A DNA stretch of 64,000 nt from Intoshia linei (Eukaryota > Animalia > Orthonectida): positions 1 to 64,000 of the forward strand of contig LWCA01000038.1 in assembly GCA_001642005.1 (NCBI GenBank). The letters are read 5' to 3'. How positions within the stretch are numbered: the stretch's first letter is position 1; each line of letters starts with the position of its first letter. Shown one piece after another: positions 34,311 through 47,400 of this stretch. Both the position numbers and the translations under genes were made by a program. The notes beneath the pieces were generated by a model that did no database searches, was not told the DNA's origin, and saw nothing but the letters and a program-made list of their open reading frames with translations.

Positions 34311-34599
34311 ACTTTATACTGAATTTTAGTTTAAAACTACAACAACGAACTACAAAGTACAACTTTGTTGTTTTATGGATTTTGCCGTGAATTTACTGAA
34401 TGTGACAATTTTGCGAGTTTAAAATGTATCTTACTTTTTGAAATGGAAAAAACTGACTTATATAAATATTGTTTTTAAAATTTCTGGAAATGTCAGTTTT
34501 CTAAATAAGTGGTTACACACAAAAATATATTTTTAGCAAGTTTAACTTTATAGAATTGTAATTAAAAATTTATTAATTAAATTAAATGATTAATTTATA

Positions 34600-35005
34600 A
34601 GGAGAACATTCTTAAATTCAACTATTTTTACTAAAATGCAACCATTTTTACTAAAAATCTACTTTTACCAACCTTAAAGGAAAAAATTCATTTTCACAAA
34701 CCCTTAAGTGAAAATTTCAGTTTTACCAACCCTTAAGTGAAAACTCCACTTTTACCTACCCTTAAGGTAAAAATGTAGTTTTACCAACCCTTAAGAGATT
34801 AATCCACTCTTACAAACCCTAAAACTAATTTTTTTAATTTTAGAGTTGGTAAGACTGAATTTTTCCCTTAATGGTAGGTAAAAGTGGAATTTTGCCTAAA
34901 GAGTTGGTAAAATTGGGTTTTTCCATTAAAGGTTGTTCAATTTTGATTTTTAGTAAAAATGATTGGATTTAAGTAAAAATGGTTAAATTTAATAATAGTA
35001 GACAC
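34600..35005. repeat. Foldback-like TIR element with a 30-bp minisatellite in inverted arrays
   Basis: Unit ~TTTTACCAACCCTTAAGTGAAAAATCCAC repeated about 6 times, then inverted copies from ~34840; inverted termini. Confidence 0.75.
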
Positions 35006-35196
35006 ACATTTATAAGTAAGAATTAAAGTAATAATATGAGCTGTGATTTCTACGGTTAAGTGTTTCTCTATATCGTCTAATTTTCTACTGTGCCAAAATT
35101 ATGCGAAATTTCAACATTGGCCGTATAAACAAAAACGTACATTAAATAATACATGTTGCGTTGAATATAAATTTACAAAAATAAAAAAAACAAAAT

Positions 35197-38100
35197 ATGA
35201 ATACATGTATTAATATTTGCAACATAAAGAGAAAAGATGTGAAATGGAGCAAACTAGTATACAAAATTACCGAAAGCAGTTTATTTCGGAAATTGATTAT
35301 GGGAACAATAATAATAAATTCTATAACTCTTGGACTGGAAACGGACCAAGTTATTTCCACAAAATTTAAGAATGTTTTCAAAATTTTGGATATTGTCTAC
35401 ATTACAATATACACAATAGAATTTGTCCTCAAAATATATGCAACACCAATTGTAATTTTTTAAATTTCAAATTACTCAAACTTTTTTGAGTTAAACACGT
35501 CCCAGAATTGATGTTTCTTAAAATTCTAAGACTTTTTTCATTTAAAAAAAGGGTAAATTGGGTTGTAACGTGAAGGACGCAATTTTTGAAAATGAAATTT
35601 GCTCTAAAAAATCACGTTCGAAAAACTGTATTGAAAGGTTCTAGGACCATTTTTTATTCTAGGATTGTTAATTTTTTAATTTTATATAAAACCAACATAC
35701 ACAGACATTCAAGAATTATATAAGATAAAACATCATTAGTTTAGTTTTGTGGTGAAAAAGGTATTTAGTAGACATACATTGTATTGATGTGAGTTTCCAT
35801 TTAATATCAACTTCCACTTGTTATGATATTTACATTGGTCCCAAATTGGGACTCCCAACAGCCTAAACTAACTATTAAACTGTCCGTTAATTTCATTTCG
35901 ACAAGCTCCATAATTTACAAGGATAATAAGGGGTGGGAAAAGATAACAATTTTAAATATTAAAATGTAATTATTTACAATAGATTAGTTTTTCTCATTAA
36001 AATTCCGAGTTCACTGCAATCCGACTTTAATATATATTGTATTTTAAGAATTATTGGAAAAATGGATTTTCGGTATTCGATTTTGCAATTCTATCGACAT
36101 CATACATTGAAATGTGCTTTTCCAGTTTAGCAGTACAGCTTTCAACGTTACGTGTATTACGAACTCTGCGATGTTTAAGAACATTTAGAACAGTCTCGTT
36201 CTTCCCTGGACTAAAATTACTATTCCGTGCAATCATCAATACATTTAGAACATGGATATTTAGTCTATTGTTAATAATAATCATTGAAATGATAATTATT
36301 TCAATTATTGGTAACAATTGGTTTGGTCAATCAAACTACATCCATATTTTTAAAAATTACATTTTCACTACCAATTACAACATCACCTCTACCTTAAAAA
36401 AAACAGGTACATGTAAAATTTAAATAATCCAATACATTTATTTTATATACCCAATTTAGATTCCATAAATGATTGGAATAATTTTTCCGATTCCATGTTA
36501 TCAGTTTTTAAATTTATAACAGCTGAAGGTTGGACACAAGTTACCAAACGAATGATCAAAATTCATCCGTTAATAGCATATCCATTTTCGATATTGGTCA
36601 TTATTACAGGTTTAAATAATTTAAATTGTTGAATATACATCAATTTGTAAATTTTTTTATGTAAATGGTCTCTTTTGTAAAGTATTTTATGTTAAATGTC
36701 GATTTTGTAGAAGATGTTGTTAAAATTATTTTATATACATGTTTTTAACCAACTTTTAAAGGGGGTTTTAAGATTTTTTTTATCAAACTTTCGTGGGTTT
36801 TTAACATTTTTTTTAACCTAACTTTAAAAGGGTTTCTAAAAAATTTTTTTGATTAACCAAAGTTAACATTTTTGATTTGTACAAAGTGTTTTATCGTTTC
36901 AGTTAAAGTTGAAAGACAACCTTACAGTTTGGTTAAAAAAATCTTAAAAACCGCTTTGAAAGTTTGGTTTAAAAAAATCTCATTTTAAAGTTGGTTAAAA
37001 CCATGTATATAAAATAATTTTAACCACATCTTTTACAATTACGATCATTTACAAAAACAAACACTTTAGAATCGAGACCATCTACAAATAAAACCGGTCA
37101 CGCTAAACAGTGAATCACAGTAAGAAATAATATACAATTAAATATTAGAATTGTAATAATCTTGCAATTATCGAATGAAATTTTTTTAATGCAAACTGTA
37201 CAAGCAATAAATGTTACCGTCCGTTTGGATTTGATTTGAAGGTTTGGTAAAAGGGGATTTTTGAATGATGGATATTGAAAAAATTTAAAATTAACGAAAA
37301 TTTTCATAATGACTGAAATGGCAAAATGACTGATTCAGATTCTGACTAATTCTTTACTGTGATTCACTATTTAGAAATTTTTTTACTGTGATTCACTGAA
37401 ATTCATAATTTGTAGTGTAAATTACTGATACACTAAGATTTACTGTGTTTAGTGAGACCCAAATAAAACTTTACAAATTGACGCACTACATAAAATGTTA
37501 CTAAAAATACAATTAATAAGGATACATTTTGTGGACATGTATCCTTTTAAATCAGAGGTGTCCAAAGTGTCACCGGTGAGTCAATTAAAAGTGGCTCGCG
37601 ATGGTTATCTAATAAAATACAATAAACGTTTGACATGTCCGACACGTATTAGTTAAACACGCCCAAATGTCATTTTGGCTGTTGAATTTGATTGTTTACA
37701 ATATGTGAACATTCCATTTAGTCCAGTGTTTCCCAACCTTTTAAGTGTTATGCCCCACTTTTATCATTAAGAAATTTCTACGCCCCATAATAATTTGTAA
37801 CAAATATTACCATGTAGTGTCCTAACATAATTTTTTATGTTTATATATTACTGCGCAACAAACTGGGTAAAAAGTTAAATTAAAATTTAATATACCTAAA
37901 TATAACATACAATAAACCGAATTAATTTGTGATTTTTCAGAGTTTGGTTGAAAGATTTTTAGTCTATCTGAAATATGCAAACTTACCAAAGTTTAGTTTA
38001 TCTTGTTCAAAAATTATCATTGCTGTAACTTTACCTGGTAAAATTTACCACTGTGTTGGAATGGTAGTTATAAGTTATAGTTAACTTTAAAGTTAATTGT

Positions 38101-41100
38101 GATAAATTCCTGATATAAATGTAATGTTGTCAATGATCATTATTGTAATCAAAAACGCATGTAAAAATACTTCTAAAAATATATCTAAATTTTAATATAA
38201 ATTGAGCTTATCAATGAATTTGTAAAAATAGAAATCATTAATAACTAATCAATTATTTTTTTTTTTTAAATTTTCACAAGCCCCACGTTGGGAATCACTG
38301 ATTTAGTCTAAATCTTATATACTTACTTATATAATATGCTACGCAATATTTGTTTGTGTGTTTGTGTTCCACTTTATTTCAATAACTACCCGTCTTAGTA
38401 TTTTATAAAGTCCTCATTTCAATTACAGTTTTTCCTGGGGTGATAATAAGATAAATTTCAACTTCCCACAATCATATCTTACGGGTCAAAAACCCCAATT
38501 CTCCTTTTTTTTGAAAATTAAACGAGTTGGAGAATTTAATAATTAAGTCCGAAAATTAAAAAAATAGATTATTCTGATACGATATGATTATATAATTTAT
38601 AATGTAAAGGATTAAAATTTTAGTTCACTTTATAATGTTAAACATGACGATAGCAGTAATAATAAACGACATAATTGAAGCAACAAAAACAGAAAAACAA
38701 GAAAATCTTACTTACAGACAAGCCATATTGCGACATAAACGCAATAGATTATTTATGGTGCACGAGAAACAAATGCAACAATACATAATTGACATAAAAG
38801 CCAAAAATACAAAAAAATGGAAAAATTCAAAAAAATTAAAAAAATTATTTGAAAAATTAAAGTAATTTTAACATTTTAAAATTTATTGACATGAAACAAT
38901 ATAAAATGTACAAATTACTGGATACTAAAACGAGTTTTTATTAAAAATTCCAATAAAGACAAAATTTGAGTAATGTTTAATGAATTATTAGAGAAATAAT
39001 TCATTAATTTGGCCTGATCAATATGAAACCCCTCTTTTATTCCAATTTCGCAAATGTAAGAAATTACAGACATCTAAAATTTGTTGAAATATAACATAGT
39101 TCACCTTATTTGAAAAAATTACCAAATTCAATTTAATTTCATAGTGTACACATTTCAGCCGATGGAATCGGAATTTTCTATTGGTCATGTAAACTACAGG
39201 TATTTTGGATTTATTCAAAAATGAATTAATTCTACTATAATGAAAAGAATGTCGATTTTCAAAAGTCTAAATAGTTAATAAAATATATAATTAACTTAAA
39301 CATGTATAATTACATCTAACAAAATAAAAATTGGGTTTTTTTTCTTTATAGGTTTAAGATAAAATTCTAAGAAAATATTTTTATAATTTATAAATAAAAA
39401 ACATTACTAATTCGATTAGTTTGCATTTGAGATCGTTCCAAGTTGGTATTTAAAATTAATTTTAATTCATCCAAATCATCAATCAAACTTAGATCCAAAT
39501 ATATCAATTCAAATGATAACATAAATGAAAAATAACTGCATATGATTATTTCATGGTCAAAATTAAGACAGTTTAAATAACAAATTTTATCTAAGTGAAA
39601 ATTTTATTTTAGTAGGATCGAATAGTCGAATATATCATAGTTTTTTAAAATACCTTTGTTATTCTTTAACCAATCTTGAATAAACGTTTTTGTTTCTTCC
39701 GTAATTAGATGTTGAAAATCAATTTCACTATTAAGGTAAGTAGATATCCAGCTTTTTTCTATGTGTAAAAATAAAAATTTATAAATTATTATTAGATTTT
39801 ACCAGTTAAAAATGGTTTTTTAATTTTTAAGATATTTTCAATTTTTTCTAAATTATCAGTTTTTTTTGTTTCACTGATCTAAAAATAATATGATAAAAAT
39901 ATTCTCTCAAAAATTTCGTTTTTGACTGTAAAATTTCAATATAAGAAAATTATTATTTTTGCAATCGGATTAAAAAGTACACAAAAATTGTTAATTCAAT
40001 GTCAAAATTCAAAATTTAAAATTTACATTTTTAGTTCATTTTTATAGATTCCTAGAGGTAGCAACGCCGAAAAAAAGTTAAAGAATGGATAGAGACCTAA
40101 ATTATTTTTAAATTATTAGGGCTACTGTTGGTCCTAGGCTTCTCCTACACTCTCCTCTCCACGACCCTGACGCCACCATAAATATAAAGATTTACTATTT
40201 TTTGATGAATCTCCTGATACAAGGAAAAAAGTTTTTCATTTTTGTTTGTAATTGTTAGATTAGGTGGTTTAATTGTTTCAAAATCAAAATCAATTTTGAT
40301 GGGTTTGAATTGAGAAAAATTTGGTAAGGTGTAATGACTGTTTTTTATAGTTGGAGGATGCCTTTCAAAATAATTATATATTTTGGATTCTAAATAAAAA
40401 TTTAAAAAAATTAAAACACTGCAACTTTTCATTTTTTCCAAGTGCTTAGACTTTTTCTAAATATTATAATGTATATTTATCTTAAAATTATCAATTATAA
40501 ATTATAATTTATAATCCTTACTCATATAAAGTAAAACGGTTAAAAATGTATGTCTGTTTATTTGTTTGTTCCAATTTATTTAAGAAAGTAAGGGTAGTGT
40601 AATTTTCTAAATTCCATAATCTTATAACAGTTTTTCCAGAGCGATGTTTTATCGCAAATTTCAATTTCAAAAATTGAGTCCTTCAAGGTTAAAAACCCCA
40701 ATTGTCCTTTGTTTTTAAATTTACACCCATTTTAGAATTACAAACAATGCACTATCTAATAAAAATTTTTAAATTCATCAATATTATGATAATTTTCAAT
40801 TTCAAAATCTTATATCTTCACGGTCAAAACCCCAAATTACCATTTTTTGTAAAAATTAATAAAGTCCTAGAATTTTATAAAACAAATTCTAGGATGATTT
40901 TTAAATTCATAATCATTATCAGAAATTGTCATCTGAAAAACGTTCATTTTCACGGTCAAAAACCCAGATTACCCTTTTTTTCAATGAAAACAGCTCTAGA
41001 ATTTTTAAAAGTGCAGATGATACAGTTATATCCAGTTAACACACACAAAATTTCAATTTGATTAAGTGACGCCTTCATGATCAAAAAAGCAGTTTAGCAT

Positions 41101-42911
41101 TTATTTTATTTAATTCCAAACTATTATATTAAAACAAAAAATTTGAAATAATTAACGGTGCTACAATTAAAAAAAAGATTTTTTTGATAGAGCTTATTCC
41201 AGTTTATATAAATACATTATTTTCATCCCAGAAATCTACGCATTCCCGGCGAAAGATAATTTTTAATATATTATCAACCAATCTTTTTCAAATGTTATAT
41301 TAAAATAAAAAATGAAAAAGTAAATAATCATTCTACAATTTCAAAAAAATGTGAATTGAATGTCTACACATTTCCAATAAAGAAATATGGGTAGAAATCT
41401 ATATAATTGATTCCTTCGGATTTTTTTCAAATTGCAATTTTTCATTCTCAAATACAATTTTTTTTACTACAGCAAGGTAACACTGAAAGAAAAGTTTGGC
41501 TAACGCTGGATAAAAATCTGATATAAATAACTTCACAAAAAATAAAATAAATATTATTTTAAACATCATTTTGTACATTTTGTATTTTCATTTTTATGAT
41601 TTACCTGCTGCGCAGTCTCCAAGTTTTTCGTGATCTCAAGAATAGCGACTTGTAGAGGTATTATTGTATATAATTTAAATTAATTTTTTCGAACAATTTA
41701 ATCAAAATTTTTTTAAAAAGTTAAAAAAGATGGAATTTCCATAGGGCTGAGGTTTGGTTAAAATTAGTTTTTTTCTTTACTGTTAACTAAACTGCATCAT
41801 TCACAGTATGTTTACTAAAATAATAATTTTACTTATTACACATTTCCACATCGACAGAAACTGAAAATGGAAATATACAGTATTTTTTATATTTATCAAA
41901 AATAAATAAATTTAAAAATTAACCTGCACCAAATAATCTTCAAATTTTATTCTTTTATAATTTAACATTTTAGTAAGATACTTTAATAATTCAATTGATA
42001 TCTTACAAATTGTAACATTGTATTTAATATGTCATTATTACTATAAAAATACATTTTTAATTTCTATAGTTTTTTTTGATTTATTCTAAATTATTAAAGT
42101 TTTATTTTTCCGCAATTTTCAAAATAGTAAAATGTATTGAATAAATTATAGATTCCTGCAACGGCGAGGCAGTGCCTAACCTACCAGAGACCCCTACGAG
42201 GGGGTCTCGACAAAATTAGTCATACTTTTTCCAAATTGAGCTTTAAAAATTATATTATTGACTTTTTTATGGTAATTATTGGTATTATTATATTGGTAGT
42301 ATTAATGGTATTATTGACTTATATCATAACTATTTTATGGGTTAAATTTAAAATGTCAAATCAAGAACACTAGATAGGTGTCTAGGTCTATATGACAACG
42401 CATTGTTGGTGGGAAAAAATTTAGGGCCTATTTTTGGTTTTAATTTTGGCTTCAGCTGGCTGGATTGGGCTCTGTATGAGGGTCCGTTTATTACGGACAT
42501 TCAACGATTTGTTCTCATAAGTGAGTCGATTACGTGCGAAAACTGTTAATACACGCAGAAAAATGAATTAATTAATATATGTGGTTTTCATGGTTACCCT
42601 TTCTCAGTTTCGCAATTATTGAAACTGCAGAAAACATATGGTACATTTAAAAGTTTCAATTTTTGAGCACAATATATATTTATATTCATTTTATTAGTGA
42701 AAATGAAAAATCAATGTTAAATGATTATCCACGATTAAAAATAGCAATAGACGACGAAATTTTATTCAATGTAAAATTTTTGGGTCATTATATGACAATT
42801 GTAAAAGATTGTCAAGAAAAGTATACAAAAATAATAAAATTACACTGTCAAATATGTCATTTATTGGGAATGGAAACAAAAAAACAATTTGAAATATTGC
42901 ATGGAATATGA
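35197..42911 (+). CDS. CATSPER3: CatSper3-like single-domain 6-TM voltage-gated cation channel subunit, 5 exons
   Basis: S1 IIINSITLGLET, S2 IYTIEFVLKIY, YWKNGFSVFD, S4 LRVLRTLRCLRTFR, pore W.NFSDSMLSVFKFITAEGW, S6 FIMLNMTIAVII, then a coiled coil. The last exon (42698-42911, in phase with the donor at 38862) DDEILFNVKFLGHYMTIVKDCQEKYTKIIKLHCQICHLL resembles the CatSper3 C-terminus. Confidence 0.78.
36635..37486. mobile_element. Long-TIR (>100 bp) foldback/MITE in a CatSper intron
   Basis: Left arm TCAATTTGTAAA..GGTCTC..GTTAAAATTATTTTATATACATG..TTAACCAACTTT is mirrored at ~36960-37094 and 37470-37482. Confidence 0.7.
37095..37460. mobile_element. MULE/Merlin-like MITE inserted into the right arm of the long-TIR element
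   Basis: TIR SGGTCWCRCTAAACA; perfect 9-bp TSD AAATAAAAC. Confidence 0.75.
37724..38300. mobile_element. hAT Buster/Charlie-type MITE
   Basis: TIR CAGTGWTTCCCAAC; perfect TSD ATTTAGTC. Confidence 0.9.
38313..38580 (+). mobile_element. Helitron family 5' fragment
   Basis: TCTTATATACTTACTTATATAATATGCTACGCAATATTTGTTTGTGTG... Confidence 0.7.
38915..42646 (-). CDS. ATAD5: Divergent ATAD5/ELG1-like RFC-family AAA+ subunit nested antisense in the last CatSper3 intron
   Basis: Chain of small phase-consistent exons: EKSWISTYLNSEIDFQHLITEETKTFIQDWLKN (like LWTEKYQP..LIGN...L..WLK), degenerate P-loop region ending SFELIYLD, Walker-B-like PIFILLD, sensor-1-like SKIPVVYMTN, lid VISYICEIGIKEGFHID..NITQILSLLEFLI (like VASYLQ.ICL.E.F..D..DIRK.IL.LQFW). 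Stop at 38917-38915, then AATAAA at 38887-38882. Exons upstream of ~40460 and the start codon are tentative. Confidence 0.62.
40515..41460 (+). mobile_element. Helitron family copy within an intron of the nested gene
   Basis: A|TCCTTACTCATATAAAGTAAA; ~130-bp modules at 40681, 40817, 40949 and 41073. Confidence 0.8.
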
Positions 42912-44051
42912 TATTTAATAATATAATTATAATAATAAATATTCAAATTATAGCATTGACATTAAAATATTAAGTTCAACATATATTTATTTGTACTCTA
43001 TTGATTAATATTTTTTAGTTAATATTAAAATATAGTTTAATGTATTTTTAAAAAATCATTGCCAGTCATGTGTCGTGTCCTCTAATTATACTTTTATTGC
43101 CATTTTGTCTTGTTTTATACAATTTTGACACATTTTTACTTTCATTTAATAAAACTAATTTACAAGACTGCAAATAAACGGTAAAGATAATTAATTATAA
43201 TTAATCAGTGTAATATTAGTATCCGGATTCCGGAATCAGGATATACATAATTATGTAGTTAAAAAATATTTATATAATAATATAAATGTATATATTATTA
43301 TAATATGTATAATAAAATATAAGCTTTTATTATCTGTACCTCAGTGGTCTCTAAACGTTTTCCCTAAGATTCAAATCTATTTTCATCCGTGTTTCCGACA
43401 GCAACAATAATAATTTGTGAAAAATTTTCCATAATCATCGATAAAAAAATTATTAATGTTACAACGCAGCTGTAAACGTAAAACAAGTGATATTCCTTAT
43501 ACCAGCCTACCAGACTGTATTGTACCAGACTTGACACCCTACCCTACATACCAAAATGATGACTACATATTTCATATTTTGAATGTCATAGACACACCAT
43601 ACATATAGTACGGATGTATATACTATATGTGCAAGGATTATAACTGGGTAAGCTCAATAGTAGTTAATAGGGTTACAGCGTTACTTTTGACTGTTCCATT
43701 TTTGATTTATGTTACAATAGCCAGTTTTACTACGTAATTGTAGGTATAGAAATTGGACTAAAAATCAAATTTAGCAATAAATATTTTAAAAGTATTATTT
43801 AAATGTATATTATTATTAATCTTTAAATGAGTTACATAACAAAACCAGATGTTACGGTAAATTTAGATCTCATACATGTAGAAACATATATTTAAATTGA
43901 AACATAATTTATATCTGGGGTATATCCTATTTTATCCGTAGAGCGGTAATCATTGATAATCATAATTCATTGTACAATCCACATAATGTTAATAATACTA
44001 GTGTAATAATAATAATAATTACTATACCATTATTATAATAATAGTGTAGAA

Positions 44052-44357
44052 CAGGGGTGTCAATTATGCGGCCCCAATTATAGAATGTGCGGCCCGCGTT
44101 TTAATATAAATTTTTATGTTTTATACAATTTTTTACGCATATTTCTTATTTTAGAGTTTGTTTATATATTTTTCATAATTTATTTATTATTACAATTTTA
44201 ACATTATTTTTCCACTTATTCCATTGTTATTATTTCATATTTCATTTTATCAATTAAAATTGTTATAAATTAATTAAATCTGTTAGTTTTAGCATAATTT
44301 TTTAAGTAAAGATTTTTTTTGTGCGACCCGCCAAGCAAATTGAGTCTGACATCCCTG
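44052..44357. mobile_element. hAT Buster/Charlie-type MITE
   Basis: TIR CAGGGRTGTCA; TSD GTGTAGAA/GCGTAGAA. Confidence 0.85.
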
Positions 44358-45255
44358 GCGTAGAATAATGTTTATATACAAAATTGGTAAAATATACATT
44401 TCATTCTCTAATAGAGACACATTTTATGAGAATAATTATAATTAATTGTAAGATATAATTATCTAACATTATACATTAGTTTTGTAACTGTAAAAAAACT
44501 AATTAGATGTATTTTATAATAATAATTATTTTTAATTGTTTATATTTATTCATTAAATATTGATAATTGTGGTTTAATCAATGTATCCCATGTGGATTTA
44601 GTTTAAGATAATCTGATTTACAGAGTTTCTCATGAATATAAATTTTATTTTCATAAATATGAATTTATTTTTCATCAATATAAATTTATTTCATGAATAT
44701 AAATTTATTTTTCAACAATATTTGTATTGTATATTGTGGAATTACATTTAATAGTCTAAATGTTTAGTAATTCAAATTCAATTCAATAACAGTTCAATAA
44801 TTAACAAATTGGAATCTAAATTGATTAAAATTAAAAAAATAAAAACAAAGGTAAATGCATTTAATTTTATGGATACAGCCAGTGGCGGATCTAAGATTTT
44901 CACCAGGGAGGTGAAATAATTATTAGGCGTCAAACACATATAATGTATTTAAATTAGAATTTTTATATTATGTTTATTATTTAATTATTATGTATATTAG
45001 ATATATCTATTATTATAATAATACTTTATATTTTTGTATATTTTTCATTCTACTAAATTTCTCAACAATTGCTTCAAAATCTATACTTTCGACAAGTTCT
45101 CTTGCGATTATTTATAACGTCAAGTCCGATAATTTAACTTAAACTGCTGTTATTACATAATATTGTTTTATCATAATAAATAATGCATAGATTAATCAGA
45201 AATGATAATTATATGAACCATTCTCTGTCATAAATTAAAAAAATGATACATTTAA

Positions 45256-45441
45256 CCCTTTCACTGTCTGATGCAGTTTTATGTACTATCACCACACGTC
45301 TGGAATTTATGTTTTAATTTAATTTTTAATTTAAACTTTTATTATTTTTAAATTACATATGAGAAAATGTATGAAAATAAAAGAATAAAGTTTTTTAAAA
45401 TTATGTTGTGTATATCATAGAATACACAGACAGTGAAAGGG
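45256..45441. mobile_element. piggyBac MITE
   Basis: Perfect 15-bp TIR CCCTTTCACTGTCTG flanked by TTAA on both sides. Confidence 0.93.
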
Positions 45442-45916
45442 TTAAATTATATGCCACCATATTTATTTTTACGTTGTTTGTTAGTTTGATTTGTATATTT
45501 TCAGGATATTACAAAATTATTATAGAAAATTTAATATTAAGGCTCTATTAAGATATTATGACATAAAAAATTAAATATACTATATTTTAAAATACATTCT
45601 CAAAAAGAATACATCATAACTACGCCAATGTTACTAAAATAGTAATAACAGAACATGGTAATGTTCAGAAATTTTTTGAATTTCAGAAATATCTGTCAAC
45701 TACGTTTTTATCTCACTATTCAATATTACCAAACATCAATTCATTAAATATTCACAAGAACCATCAAAAAATAGATTTTCAAATTTTATCATAATTTTTG
45801 CGCGTAACGCCGTAACGGTTTTTAACTGTAAATGTACGCTTTAGTATTTACTTATATGTAAAATAATGCAATTAACCATGTTACATGCTGTCATATGCGC
45901 ATTTTAAGTCTATTAA

Positions 45917-46304
45917 CCTATTTTCTCCCAATGTTACCATATGGTCACACAAAAATAAAATATTAAAAGGTGAATAAGTTTTGAATTAAACAAGATAAAT
46001 ATTTATGCATGGCATATTTAGAATCGTGTAAGTATTCACAATGTATTTTTAACGGTCATAAGGTTAATAATGTCGTAACTTAGTGTCCATCGGTAAAAAC
46101 ATTTTTTGTTCTGAAAAAAAAATAAAATGAGAATTAGATTTTTTGATCCAGATTATGCACAACTAGGTTCAATCTTAGATAAACGATATTATGGATACAT
46201 TCATTACATATGATTTCTGAAAATTAAAAAGGATTTCAATCAGTAGTTTAATATATATCCACTTTTAAGCGTGTGTGGCCATATGGTCACATTGGGAGAA
46301 TATG
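45917..46304. mobile_element. piggyBac-like MITE
   Basis: ~30-bp imperfect TIR TTCTCCCAATGTKACCATATGGYCACAC; TTAA on the left, CTAA on the right. Confidence 0.65.
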
Positions 46305-46959
46305 CTAACTTTAATGTATGAATATCTAATATTAATAAGTATGATCTTTGATATTANGTACATGGTAATATTGAGAAAATTAAACGCTATCGAATGTAAG
46401 TAAAAATAATGCGGTTAGAATTTAAAAACATGAGTTAATTATAAAAATATATAATTATTAATTAAAATTATATAATTATAGATTGTACTTAATTATGTAA
46501 TTTGTTATTAATATCTTTGTGTAAATAATGTAATTAACATTAACATTGTACAATTGTACTTATATTAATTTTAATTATAGTGTTAATTGATCAGAACAAA
46601 AAGGTGAATCACCGTTTTGTGGTTATAATTTACAATTTATTAATACCATAGATGTATAATGTAAATAATAAATTCAAACGTAATAATTAGTAACGCCGTA
46701 ACATTTTATACGTATTTTGAACCGAATTTATAGTCTAATTACAATAATAAATTTTTTTGAATCCACAAATAAATCTGAGTTTATTTTATAAATTTTTAAA
46801 AATTAGTGTCAAACTTTTACATTTCATCATACATGAAATGTTCTCTATTAAATTTATGTTACAGTAAACTCTCCCTATAAGTCTTATAATTATAAGTATA
46901 TTAATCATATATAATCATTTTATAATAAGAACATTAGTTTAGTGCATAATGAAAATTTT

Positions 46960-47400
46960 AGTACATTAAATAAAATATTTCGGAAAAAAAATATGTGAAT
47001 ACTAAAATGCTTTTTTGACTGTGAGTCGTTACTTATTCGGATTGAAATTTTTCAAATTCTAGGGCTGTTTTCATTAAAAAAATAAGGGTAATTTGTGGTT
47101 TTGGCCCTGATTAAATTTTTTTTAATTTAAATTTATGATAATGTTTATAATTTTAAAATCCGTATCAGCGTATTTATTATTTTAAATTCTTCAACTCGTT
47201 TGATATTCAAAAAGAGGACAACTGGGGTTCTTTACTCGTAAGATGTGGTATGGGAGGTTGAAATATATTTTGCGAACATCCCCGGAAAAAACTGTAATTA
47301 AAATGTGGACTTTATAAAATTCTAAGACGGGTAGTTATTTAAATAAAGCTGAATACACACACACAAACAGAAATCGCGTAGCATATTATATAAGTAAGGA
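46960..47400 (-). mobile_element. Helitron family 5' portion
   Basis: Minus strand TCCTTACTTATATAATATGCTACGCG... Confidence 0.75.

Noticed and set aside
40702-41061. ORFs 40702-41061, 51450-51824, 3297-3518, 12486-12878 and 22095-22351, some sharing HGQNPKLPFF-like peptides
   Set aside because: All lie in copies of the non-coding Helitron module; frames are not conserved between copies and there are no RepHel motifs.
42186-42208. GC-rich hairpin GAGACCCC-TACGAG-GGGGTCTC
   Set aside because: Lies inside an old dispersed repeat and is not conserved in the sister copies; no ribozyme core seen.
42663-42911. Standalone 82-aa ORF
   Set aside because: Better explained as the terminal CatSper3 exon (acceptor at 42696-42697, matching phase and C-terminal similarity).
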